The notes: a model not told the origin generated them from the letters alone. Counted from the stretch's first letter, positions 13,200 to 24,860 are shown. The stretch: 64,000 bases of DNA from Eledone cirrhosa (GCA_964016885.1 OZ024765.1:1736001-1800000); one strand, 5' to 3'. Program-made: numbers and translations.

Positions 13200-13500
13200 T
13201 CTCTGTAAAGTTATGTTGGTGCCACACCATCCAGGCCGAAACAAATGAGATCGTGTAGGTGTCACGACAAAAAAACACACAGTCCACGCTGTAATGTGGC
13301 CGTGTAGGCAACACGGTAAAAACCTCCCAGCCCCACACTGTAAATGTGGTTGGTGTTAGGAAGGGCATCCAACTGTAGAAAACCTGCCAGCCAGTCCTAT
13401 GCGAGCAAGACAATCACTCTTGCCTCAAGTGGGACTACCCCCGTCCAAACCCATGCAAGCGTGGAACACGGACGTTAAACGTTGATGATGATGATGATGA
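13200..13500 (+). mobile_element. RTE-tailed non-autonomous retroelement; related copies 3228-3410, 4095-4230, 4700-5225, 5715-5870, 8270-8430, 11070-11180, 14895-15090, 21545-22155(-), 59385-61230(-)
   Basis: Shared ggtgttaggaagggcatccagctgtagaaa...acccatgcaagc.tggaa...gacgttaaacg(atg)n tail, the same tail type as the RTE 3' end at 5540-5595. Confidence 0.85.
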
Positions 13501-14077
13501 CATATATATATATATATATACCCACACACACATATATATATATATATACTGATAAATGTATGAAACGCCACAACTAAAAGATAGTCTGAGCATGTATGGC
13601 ATAACAAGTACTCAATACTAACTGTAAGGAATTCCAGAAACAGATTTCTCTGATACAGAATCAGTGGTGTAGTGGTAATATTGAACTAATTAATTAGCAA
13701 CAATTAATATAACTAACAACCAATCAATAATGAAATCAATTAATATAAATATTAAAAATATTGATGTATATATATATCTACAAATTAATTAAGGTTACCA
13801 ATAAGATTAATAATTAATTGTTTCTACTTTAGGCACAAGGCCAGCAATTACCCAGTTCATTACTGGTACTTTATTTTATCGACCCCGTAAGGATGAGAGG
13901 CAAAGTTAACCTCGGCGGGATTTGAACTCAGATCGTAAAGGGACATAACTATGTTGGAAAGCATGGCGTCCGACCCTCTACCGATACTGCCAATCCACCA
14001 AGATTAATAATTAATGAACATGTATCTCTGTGAGAGAATTAGAGCTAAAAGTCTATCTATCTACTTATCTATATCTA

Positions 14078-14570
14078 CTGCCAGCCTCTTTCAAAAACGA
14101 AAGTGAGGCGGTTTTCCTCTGTACGGTGGCTATGGTGAAAGAGGTTATATGGTGGATGAGATTGAGAGGACTGAGGACAGATTCCTTTCTCTCCAGACAA
14201 CAATTGATTCCCTTCTTTAAGTATCACTTTAGAAGGAGAATCAGAGTGGAGAGAGAGGCACTGCACCCCAGTAAATTTACTGAAAGGTGGGTGAATGGGG
14301 CCAAAATAGCACGAGTGATTGGGCCTTCTCTGTATATAAACCTGTAGGTTAAAGAAGGGAGCACTTGCACAACATGCTCCTGAAGTTGAGGGTTGTTCTA
14401 TCTACGGGGTATTAAACAACCCATTTGTGGCGCTTCCCCCCCTATTGGGGATTTCAATTGTTATAATTGTTTGTTTCAACATTTTTACACGATTGTATGG
14501 GAAATCCCCGGCATGTGTCTTTGTATTGTCCCCTTTTCTTGTGCGCCCTTGTGGCAAATAAAGAAATATA
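14078..14570 (+). mobile_element. L1/Tx1-like LINE 3' end
   Basis: ORF tail AMVKEVIWWMR...FFKYHFRRRIRVEREAL...FTERWV followed by a UTR ending in AATAAA at ~14557. Family assignment is from motif recall. Confidence 0.55.
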
Positions 14571-14574
14571 TCTA

Positions 14575-14617
<43 letters not shown>

Positions 14618-14638
14618 TATATATAGAGAGAGAGATAG

Positions 14639-14686
<48 letters not shown>

Positions 14687-14709
14687 TATATATAGAGAGA
14701 GAGAGATAG

Positions 14710-14745
<36 letters not shown>

Positions 14746-15247
14746 ATACAATAATATAAATATACACACATTTCCTATTATTGTAGTTGTAGTTGTGGGT
14801 AAAGGTCCTAAACTATGGTTCTGCTGTGAGGAGGGTTTGGTGCGGCCAACTAACCTGTCCTTTCTCATAACAGTGCCATCCACATCTGGTCCCACACTGT
14901 AAATGTGGTCGGTGTTAGGAAGGACTTCCAGCTGTAGAAATCTCTGCCAAATTTACAGTCCTGTCAGAGTAAAGTACGGCACGCCCAATCTTGGACAGAC
15001 TTGTCTCTCGCTCAACATGGACAGCCCGTCTAACCCATGCAAGCATAGAAAAATGGACGCTAAATGATGATGGTGATGATGACGATGATGGGAATTTCTT
15101 TGTTTAATTTAATTTATTTTATTTTATTTAAAAAAATTTTTTTTGCTTTATTAAAAACCCAAATTAACCCTTTTTCTCCATCCTCCCCGTCCTCGCCATC
15201 TCTGTCCCCTCTCTCTAATTTCTTTATCTATCTCCTCTAATTTCCAG

Positions 15248-15467
15248 CAACAAGAACAAGACCCCACCAACCTGTACATCGCCAATCTACCACAGTATTT
15301 CACGGAAGACCACCTGGATAATTTGTTTAAGGAGTACGGTACCGTGATCTCTACCAGAATCCTACGGAAAGTTGATGGCCAAAGTAGGGGTGTAGGATTT
15401 GCACGGATGGAGAACAAAGAAAAGTGTGAACAGATTATTCAGAACTTCAATTCCAAAATTTTGGCAG
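15248..15467 (+). CDS. shep: Alan shepard/RBMS-family RNA-binding protein, exon encoding RRM2 (first exon visible in window)
   Basis: Pyrimidine tract + CAG acceptor (15245-47) and GTAAG donor (15468). Translation [73 protein letters not shown] has the [10 protein letters not shown]...STRILR...SRGVGFARM signature of RBMS1-3/Shep RRM2. Phase 0 in, phase 1 out. Confidence 0.95.
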
Positions 15468-15479
15468 GTAAGGGCCAGT

Positions 15480-15760
15480 CACTCATGTGTTGTGTTCTTC
15501 TTCTTTGCCCACAAATTCCTGAGAGGGTCGTGGTGGCACAAAAATCGTCAAACCCTCCTTCCATCGGGTCCTGTCAGAAGCAACCGTCTCCAACTGATCC
15601 GGCTGGATCCCCAAGCAGGGCCAGCCAAGCTCATGGATGTTATCCAACCATCTTGCTTGGGGTCTACCCCTGGGTCTCCTGCCGGTTCGTTTTGCCCATA
15701 GAATTTGTCCAGCAATTGTTTCCTGAGACATTCTAATCTCATGTCTGTAATATCGGAGCT
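15480..15760 (-). mobile_element. LINE (RTE-like) 3' terminal fragment in short intron
   Basis: ORF ...[24 protein letters not shown]...ASDRTRWK is a typical non-LTR RT C-terminal GxRxRGRP motif. Confidence 0.75.
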
Positions 15761-15928
15761 TAAAAATATAGTAATGAAACGGTTAAAGTGTTTATATTTA
15801 TCTAAAAACCTTCCATCATAATTTTAAGCAGAAACCTTTGTTAAGTTATGCTCCAAACCATATATAATGTCTTTCATTATAAATCTGGTCGTGAAAGGGG
15901 TTAAAAGTTGTTGTGTTATCTTTTTCAG

Positions 15929-16047
15929 GAGGCAATGAACCTCTTCTAGTAAAGTTTGCAGATGGTGGCAGTAAAAAAAAAGCCCAGTATCAACAGAGTC
16001 GTTCCTGGCCAGAAAGAACTGATGCTAACAATTTTAGCTTTGTAGCT
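15929..16047 (+). CDS. shep: shep/RBMS exon: end of RRM2 (GNEPLLVKFADGGSKKKAQYQQSRSWPERTDANNFSFVA)
   Basis: ttttcAG acceptor and GTAAGT donor at 16048. EPLLxKFADGGxKK is the conserved RBMS motif. Phase 1 in matches the previous exon; phase 0 out. Confidence 0.93.
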
Positions 16048-16059
16048 GTAAGTACTCTA

Positions 16060-16093
<34 letters not shown>

Positions 16094-16450
16094 CTCAGAC
16101 CAGTAGTCTTGGTGCCTGGGTAGCTAGAGCACTTGACTAGCTCTATAATGCATATCTATGTATGGAGAACATTTGCCTTGCTCTACAATGTGTATCTGTG
16201 TATCTTGAGCACTAAACTAGTTCTACAATGTGCACCTGTGTATTTAATGCCCTAGGCAGGCTCTACAATGTGTGTGTGTGTATTTAGCACCCTTGGCTAG
16301 CTCTACAATGTGTGTGTTTGGGTATTTAGAGCCCAAGGCAGGTACTACAAAGTGCCCCATTTTCACAACTAAGATAATGTCAACTTAGAGTTCATTAAGT
16401 TGACGAACAGGAGGGGATTATGATGATGATGGTGATGATGTCTGTGATAT

Positions 16451-16685
16451 GTTACAATACAAGGTCCCCAAGATCTAACACCCCTCCCTATTGTTACAAC
16501 ACAAGGTCCCCAAGATCTAACTCACCTCCCTATTGTTACAACACAAGGTCCCCAAGATCTAACTCACCTCCCTATTGTTACAACACAAGGTCCCCAAGAT
16601 CTAACTCACCTCCCTATTGTTACAACACAAGGTCCCCAAGATCTAACACCCCTCCCTATTGTTACAACACAAGGTCCCCAGGTCT
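16451..16685. repeat. 42-bp minisatellite (~5.5 copies)
   Basis: gttacaacacaaggtccccaagatctaactcacctccctatt. Confidence 0.92.
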
Positions 16686-16736
16686 AAACCTCACACTCCC
16701 ACCACACAATTATAATTCTTTCTGGTTTATTTCCAG

Positions 16737-16780
16737 GGAATTCCTATGGGTTATGATCAATCAAACATCGCCCAGAATGG
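16737..16780 (+). CDS. shep: shep/RBMS 44-nt exon (GIPMGYDQSNIAQNG)
   Basis: ttccAG acceptor and GTAAGT donor at 16781. Resembles the RBMS G..YD...QNG segment. Phase 0 in, phase 2 out. Confidence 0.85.
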
Positions 16781-17096
16781 GTAAGTACTTTAAACTATTG
16801 TATTTTACATTTTATATATCAATATATATATATCAATATATATATATATAGATATATATATTGGGGTGGGGATAAGTTGAAAGTTGTGAGAGTATTAGTT
16901 TATATATATATTAATTAAAATAACAGATTAAAGTTTAAGCAAAGAATCGCTGCTTTCACCCTTAACGGGATCTTCTGAAATAAATATTTGCTCTACGGTT
17001 CTTATATATTTGATATATATTTATCCTTATCGAGCCCTCTTTGGATTTTAATCTTCACATTTATTATTATTACTATATATATATATATTTATATAT

Positions 17097-17520
17097 AACG
17101 AAGGAAATGTGGTAAGGAACCAGATGGACCATAACGCACCAAAGTACTCAATACTTAGGGTAGTAGAGTGGGTAATGGGAACGAGTATGACCCCGACGGC
17201 TGAGCTCAAGCCGTTTCGACGGCTAATTCTGAACTGAATTAGCCATTGAAACGGCTTGAGCTCAGCCGTCGGGGTCCTACTCGTTCCTATATATATATAT
17301 ACATATATATATATAGGAAAAAGTATGACCCCGACGGCAGAGCTCACGCCGTTTCGACGGCTATTTCTGGACGGAAATAGTCCAGAAACAGCCGTCGAAA
17401 TGGCTTGAGCTCTGCCGTCGGGGTCATACTTTTTCCTATTTCCCCCTCTACTACCCTAAGTATTGAGTACTCTGGTGCGTTATGGTCCATCTGGTTCCTT
17501 ACCACAACTCCTTCATTATC
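17097..17520. mobile_element. Two head-to-head copies of a hairpin-containing repeat; relatives 17920-18065, 23640-23830, 40722-40800, 59010-59190
   Basis: Shared arm gaagga..tgtggtaaggaaccagatggaccataacgcacca.agtactcaatac plus ~110-bp near-perfect hairpins (17177-17288, 17314-17438); all embedded in (TA)n. Confidence 0.85.
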
Positions 17521-18168
17521 TATATATATATATATATAGTGGTGGAACACTGGAAGGTAATATCCGAAGTGGTAGAGCACTCAGTCCAAGGGACGAGTTA
17601 GGTAGAAGTGGTAACACAACAGTTAGTTCACCATACCGAGAACAAATGTTTCACCTTAGCGGATCTTCTCTATAAACACATATACACACATATAGAGGTA
17701 ATTAGTTACCTCATTAAATTTCATACTAATTAGTATAGTTGTAGGGCCACAGTATTTGTAAGGAGTGGGGTGGGGTAGTCTTTTTATTTGGTCTGTTATA
17801 TTGATGGTGGTGGTGGTGGTGGAGGGGACCCACTGGCATATATTGTGTCTATATAGCATCTTCTTCTCTCTTTGTGTGTGTGTGTGTAGATATATATACA
17901 CACACACACACACAGATAAAGAGTCAGAACTCGACAGCTGAGCTCTTGCCGTTTCAACAACAGCTAGTTCCAGAGTGGAACTAGCTGTTGGCAAGAGCTC
18001 AGCTGTCGGGTCCCAACTTTTTATAATCTAACCATGCACTACTACCTCAAGTATTGAGTACTCCGTTGAGTAATAGTGTAATATATGTATAAATGGATAA
18101 ATGTACTGTACTCAACTTCTTAATATCCTGAACCACATGAAACCACATTAGCAAGACATTCTTGAAAA

Positions 18169-19025
18169 GTACAAAACAACACTATGACTACATCACATTA
18201 AATATTAAAGTCTTTACTGTAATACTGTAAATATTCACAACAATCTGTCCACTAGTAAAGATACTATAAACATTTAGTACAAAACAATACTATGACTACA
18301 TCACATTAAATATTAAAGTCTTTACTGTAATACTGTAAATTTTCACAACAATCTGTCCACTAGTAAAGATACTATAAACATTTAGTACAAAACAACACTA
18401 TGACTACATCACATTAAATATTAAAGTCTTTACTGTAATACTGTAAATTTTCACAACAATCTGTCCACTAGTAAAGATACTATAAACATTTAGTACAAAA
18501 CAACACTATGACTACATCACATTAAATATTAAAGTCTTTACTGTAATACTGTAAATTTTCACAACAATCTGTCCACTAGTAAAGATACTATAAACATTTA
18601 GTACAAAACAACACTATGACTACATCACATTAAATATTAAAGTCTTTACTGTAATACTGTAAATATTCACAACAATCTGTCCACCAGTAAAGATACTATA
18701 AACATTTAGTACAAAACAACACTATGACTACATCACATTAAATATTAAAGTCTTTACTGTAATACTGTAAATATTCACAACAATCTGTCCACTAGTAAAG
18801 ATACTATAAACATTTAGTACAAAACAATACTATGACTACATCACATTAAATATTAAAGTCTTTACTGTAATACAGTAAATATTCACAACAATCTGTCCAC
18901 CAGTAAAGATACTATAAACATTTAGTACAAAACAACACTATGACTACATCACATTAAATATTAAAGTCTTTACTGTAATACTGTAAATATTCACAACAAT
19001 CTGTCCACCAGTAAAGATACTATTA
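18169..19025. repeat. 108-bp tandem repeat (~8 copies); same family at 32594-33238 (~6 copies)
   Basis: gtacaaaacaacactatgactacatcacattaaatattaaag... period 108 at both loci. Confidence 0.93.
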
Positions 19026-20697
19026 ATCTTTGAATCAACAAACCTAGTCTTTAGACAGTTCCTACATCATTGCAGGATTTTAGGAATTAAGTTACACCAT
19101 AAACCTTCAAATATTAAATTATTTTCTCTCATTTTAACTAAACAAAAATATCACAAGTTTCTAATTTAGTCTTTTGAGTTCCTATTTTTAAATATTGTCC
19201 TTTTTTCTTAGAGTATTCATATATTTTATATATAAAATATGTGTCTATATATATATATTGAGAGAGAGAGTAGACCCTGTTTGATCGGAGCTTGGCATCT
19301 GGAAAATTCTTTGCTGAGGTACAAGCCTGGTCAAGGTGTTTTTGTGGAAGACCAACAGTCACCCTTGCATACCAGTCTCCTCCTCTCCAGGCCACTGATG
19401 ATGTCCAAGGGAAAGGCAATGGCTAATACAGCTTGGCACCAGAGACATCACAATATACACACTATGTATAGTATATATACACTATATATACATTATATAC
19501 ACACATTATATATACAGTATATATACACATTATATACATTATATACACACATTATATATACAGTATATATAGGATGTTGTCTATATAGATGTACACTATA
19601 TAGGATGTTGTCTAAGGCAATGGCTGATACAGCCTGGCACCAGAAACATTGCAGCGCATATATACACTGTATATATATTATATATACACTATATATACAT
19701 TATATACACACTATGTACAGTATATATACACTATATAGGATGTTGTCTAAGGCAATGGCTGATACAGCCTGGCACCAGAAACATTGCAGCTCATATATAC
19801 ACTATATATATTATATATACACTATATATACATTATATACACACTGTGTACAATATATATGCACTATAATCCCAGAGGGAAGTGCATGGCTGATTGGTTA
19901 GAGAACTGGATTCACAATTGTGAGGTTGTGAGTTCAATTCTCAGACCGGGTGATGCGTTATGTCCTTGAGCAAGACACTTTATCCTACGTTACTTCTACC
20001 TGGAGATGCAACTGATAGATAGTATTAGCAATTGGAAAGACCAATGGAAACCTTGTTTCAATCGACTCTCCATGTATATATTTTTTATATACACTATGTA
20101 CACTGGCGAGAAACCTATCAATGTTAAATAAAGTTATATGTATATGTGTGTATATCTATATATATGTATATATATTTATATGTATATATATATGTATATG
20201 TGTGTGTATCTATATATATGTATATATATTTATATATATATGTATATGTGTGTATATATATGTATATGTGTGTATATATATATGTATATGTGTGTATATC
20301 TATATATATGTATATATATTTATATGTATATGTATATGTGTGTATATCTATATATATGTATACATATTTATATGTATATGTATATGTGTGTATATGTGTG
20401 TATATGTATATATATGTATATATATTTATATGTATATATATATATATGTATATGTGTGTATATATATATATATATGTATATATATTTATATGTATATATA
20501 TATGTATATGCGTGTATATCTATATATATGCATATATATTTATATGTATATGTGTGTATATATATATATACATATGTATATATATTTATATGTATTGTGT
20601 GTACATCTATATATATGTATATATATTTATATGTATATATATATATGTATATGTGTGTATATCTATATATATGTATATATATTTATATGTATATATA

Positions 20698-20740
<43 letters not shown>

Positions 20741-20834
20741 ATATATCCCTTTCTATCTATATCAATAGATAGATATCTCTCTTCTCTCTCGCTATGTATA
20801 ATATATATATATATATAATATATATATATATATA

Positions 20835-20875
<41 letters not shown>

Positions 20876-20906
20876 ACTCCACAACTTACCGTGTATATCT
20901 CTGTGA

Positions 20907-21018
<112 letters not shown>

Positions 21019-21027
21019 ATATATATA

Positions 21028-21070
<43 letters not shown>

Positions 21071-21071
21071 A

Positions 21072-21105
<34 letters not shown>

Positions 21106-21133
21106 CTGGAGCCCACAACTTACCGTGTATATC

Positions 21134-21170
<37 letters not shown>

Positions 21171-21307
21171 TCCTATCCTCTCCTCCCTCCCACCACCACC
21201 ATGTTTGTGCCTCTCTCACTACAGCTCCTATTGATGTTGTTGTTGTTGTTTGTGTCTCTCAATCATGTTTGTGGTTGATGGAGTGGCACATGCTTATAGA
21301 TGTACAG

Positions 21308-21512
21308 TCTTTATCTGCCTTACAGTGTGGGGGCAGCAGCCCCAGGGGGGGGTGCAGCCACAGCAGGAGGTGGAGCTGTTGCCACGGCGATGATTCCGGC
21401 CGGTATGATGCCTCGCTATTCCATGTCAACGACCCCTGTCACCACGTACCAAGTCCAGTCCAATCCAGCCTGGATGCACCATACACAGTACATTATTCCA
21501 CCCCTTCCACAT
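21308..21512 (+). CDS. shep: shep/RBMS exon ([15 protein letters not shown]...[26 protein letters not shown]); alternative in-frame start at 21326
   Basis: [14 protein letters not shown] resembles RBMS1 PVSAYQVQSPSWM (recalled). GTGAGT donor at 21513. Two phase-2-compatible CAG acceptors end at 21307 and 21325. Confidence 0.85.
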
Positions 21513-21650
21513 GTGAGTATGCAAACATCTTTATATATACACATATCATCATCATCATCATCATCATCGTTTAACGTCCGTGTTCCATGCTTGCATGGGT
21601 TTGGACGGGGGTAGTCCCACTTGAGGCAAGAGCGGTTGTCTTGCTCGCAT

Positions 21651-22105
21651 AGGACTGTCTGGCGGGTTTTCTACAGTTGGATGCCCTGCCTAACACCAAC
21701 CACATTTACAGTGTGGGACTGGGAGGTTTTTACCGTGTTGCCTACACGGCCACATTACAGCGTGGACTGTCTGGCAGGTTTTCTACAGTTGGATGCCCTT
21801 CCTAACACCAACCACATTTACAGCGTGGGGCTGGGAGGTTTTTACCGTGTTGCCTACACGGCCACATTACAGCGTGGACTGTCTGGCAGGTTTTCTACAG
21901 TTGGATGCCCTTCCTAACACCAACCACATTTACAGTGTGGGGCTGGCAGGTTTTTACCGTGTTGCCTACACGGCCACATTACAGCGTGGACTGTCTGGCA
22001 GGTTTTCTACGGCTGGATGCCCTTCCTAACACCAACCACATTTACAGTGTGGGTCTGGGAGGTTTTTACCGTGTTGCCTACACGGCCACATTACAGCGTG
22101 GACTG
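21651..22105. repeat. 112-bp tandem repeat (~4 copies) within RTE-tailed element
   Basis: ggactgtctggcaggttttctacagttggatgccc... period 112. Confidence 0.9.
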
Positions 22106-22662
22106 TGTGTTTTTTTTTGTCGTGACACCTACACGACCTCATTTGTTTTGGCCTGGATATATATAATAATAATGAAATTATTGTGTACAGTGCTCAGGTG
22201 CACTACAACTCATCAAAGGTGCATGTATAGTACATAGAATAATGTACAAATGTCAGGAAAATGAACAGTGTATGAGTCATGATATAATAACAACAACAAT
22301 AATGAAATATTGTGTACAGTGCTCAGGTGCACCACAACTCATCAAAAAAAGTGCATGTACAGTACATAGGGCAATGCACAAACATCAGTAAAATGAACAG
22401 TGCACGAGTCATGATACACACATGTGTGCATGTGTATGGAAGGGGTACATCAGGTGTAGTTTTGGCGTATTTCGGGAAGCATGAGTGTCTTAAAGGATGC
22501 AGTGTCTCGGCAGCTAACAATTGACGCAGGCAGTTTGTTCCATGCTTCAGCAACTCTGAGCGTGAAAAAATGTCTACGAAAGTCATGGGAGCTGTGCTGT
22601 TTTCTGATCATATATATATATACGATATTAACAAATGGAAACTATATTTATAAAACCATATT

Positions 22663-22727
22663 TATTTCATTATACATATTTCAAGGACACCAAGTTAAAT
22701 TATGGTGTGCTTTCATCAGATAAAATA
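22663..22727 (-). ncRNA. Minimal type-I hammerhead ribozyme motif
   Basis: Reverse complement TATTTTAT-CTGATGA-AAGCACACCA(taatttaact)TGGTGTCCTT-GAAA-TATGTA-TA^ATGAAATA. Confidence 0.8.
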
Positions 22728-23454
22728 TAATATAGATCAGTTTTATAAATAAATATTGACATACCCTTAGAGAATGCAACCATTGCTGTTGGAAGCTCCC
22801 TCTCATTCTTTAAGGGTATGTCAATATTTATTTATAAAACTGCTCTATATTATATTTTATCTGATGAGGGTGGTGGATTGGCAGTATCGGTGGAGGGTCG
22901 GACGCCATGCTTTCCAGCATAGTTATGTCCCTTTACGATCTGAGTTCAAATCCCGCCGAGGTTCACTTTGCCTTTCATCCTTACGGGGTCGATAAAATAA
23001 AGTACCAGTAATGTACTGGGCATTTACTGGCCTTGTGCCAAAAGTAGAAACAGTTATATGTATGGCCAGTGCCTTTGGTTGGATGTTTTTTTTTGTGTCA
23101 CACTTTTCTGTATAACTGTTGTTTACTCTGGACCTGATGTATTGAGTGCCTTGTCATTGCCTCAAATGAATCGAAGATGTACTTGTTGTACAACAGCTAA
23201 AACTTCGATTTATACCTATTATATATATATATATATATATATATTGGGTATATGTTGGTTGTTTACCGACACCTCAGTATGCAGATTGGAGCACTCGACG
23301 AAGTACGCAGGTTGGTTTGTTTACTCCGGAGTATGATTCCAGTTCCTCGGAGGAATAACTACACACCCAGGAGCTGGACATATCGATGTATTGACGGAGT
23401 AAAACACACTTCAACAACATGTGTACCTGTCTTTTCCACACCAATTCGGACTGC

Positions 23455-23507
23455 CTGCCCGAAGAGGTCACAGCCAAAGATGGCTGTCACCGAAATATAT
23501 ATAGCAG
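23455..23507 (+). ncRNA. Hammerhead motif with one core substitution (CCGAAGA)
   Basis: CTGC-CCGAAGA-GGTCACAGCC(aaagat)GGCTGTCACC-GAAA-TATATA-TA^GCAG. Confidence 0.72.
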
Positions 23508-23571
23508 TAATTTTTAATTTATAATAAACGAAGCCAAATTTTACATATTTGACTTAATTATTTTATATATG

Positions 23572-23637
<66 letters not shown>

Positions 23638-23858
23638 CATTGAGGACTCCTACAGCTGAACTCCGGTCGTTTCAACAGCTAGAACTGAACTAAGCCACCA
23701 GGATTAGAACAGCAGGAATCTAGCTGAACTTATCAGCTGTTAGGGCCCTGAATCTTTTTACATTACCCACTGTAACGAGTGCTCTGGCACGTTATGGCCC
23801 ACCTGGTATCTTACCACACCCTTTTTGTTATATATATATATATATATAATGAAAGTGA

Positions 23859-24120
23859 AGGCGCATGGCTTAGTGGTTAGAGCATTGGGCTTGCAATCGA
23901 AAGGTTTTGAGTTCAATTCTCGGACCGGGTCATGTGTTGTTTCCTTGAGCAAGACACTTTATTTCACGTTGCTCCAGTTTACTCAGCTGTAGAAATGAGA
24001 TGAAGAGGTACCGGCCTGCCCACCCAGCCAGAGAGATGGCGTTATCTTATGGCTAAAACATGACGTGCTGTGACTAGCAGCGCCGAATCGACGCCCGACA
24101 GACTGGTCGGTGAAGGTGAT
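23859..24120 (+). mobile_element. tRNA-derived SINE family B (CORE/V-like); other copies 5875-6017(-), 11590-11737(-), 19880-20070, 25479-25567, 39720-39830, 50524-50736
   Basis: tggcttagtggttagag A-box, gagttcaattc B-box, tccttgagcaagacactttatttc central domain. Confidence 0.88.
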
Positions 24121-24131
24121 ATATAATTACA

Positions 24132-24326
24132 TAATAAAGAAGACAATATAATTATTTCATTACCAATGGCTTCAACAATCTAGATGAATCTTGCAAGGAA
24201 TATCCAGTTCATTTGTCAGACAACATAATTATTTTATCTGACAAATGTATTGGATATTCCTTGCAAGAATCGTCTAGTCTCTTGAAACCTTTGGTAAATG
24301 GAATAATTATATTGTGTTCTTTATTA
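24132..24326. mobile_element. Fold-back element with degenerate hammerhead-like motif in each arm
   Basis: ~95-bp inverted arms. + arm: ttttat-CTGACAA...GAAA-CCTTTGG-TA-aatggaata. - arm: CTGACAA...GAAG-CCATTGG-TA-atgaaata. Confidence 0.65.
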
Positions 24327-24755
24327 CATATTTAACTGGCTCTGTACAATACATAGAGCACTCCTTTTTCCTTTATCTTTTCTATGGAAATGTTTAATAT
24401 ATATATATATATATATATAAAGAGTAAATACATTCTTGTATGAATATATACATATATATAGACCTTCTACATGTGAGTATACATACATTCATTCATGCAT
24501 GCATAGTTATATTCATAGATACATACCTATATGTATGTATATATATATATATATATATATACCGTCTTACATGTGACATGTATACATATGTATATACATA
24601 CATGTGTGAAGGTGTGTGTGTGTGAGTGAAGGTGTATGTATGTGTGTGTCTGTGTGTGCATTATACCATGTATATTTTCATTCTATTTCCACTCACTTTA
24701 CCTCCCTCCCTCCCTCACACTTCTATTGTCTCTATCGCTCCCCGACCCCTTACAG

Positions 24756-24860
24756 ATGATACCTAATACGGTCCATCCTGGAAGCCACACTCTTGATCCC
24801 AGTTCTGTAATGCCGACCCTTACAACCCAGATGGGACAACTCCAGCTGTCCAACACTTCG
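24756..24860 (+). CDS. shep: shep/RBMS exon (MIPNTVHPGSHTLDPSSVMPTLTTQMGQLQLSNTS)
   Basis: Pyrimidine tract + tacAG acceptor, GTACGT donor; 105 nt, phase 0/0. LTTQMGQLQL resembles the RBMS L.QQM.HLSL motif. Confidence 0.87.

Noticed and set aside
1-15247. Search for RRM1 exons of shep
   Set aside because: No TNLYIRGL/KGYGFVDF-like coding segment found by eye; these exons presumably lie upstream of the window.
19390-19430. CTGATGA..GAAA hammerhead-like word
   Set aside because: No convincing stem II, stem III or stem I pairing; lies in a decayed retroelement fragment.
21200-21235. Good-looking acceptor ctctctcactacAG at 21224
   Set aside because: Gives an immediate TGA in the required phase. 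No support as a coding exon start, though a poison acceptor cannot be excluded.
23859-23930. tRNA-like A/B-box sequences (also 50524, 9351 etc.)
   Set aside because: These are SINE heads; no complete cloverleaf, and each is followed by a SINE body.
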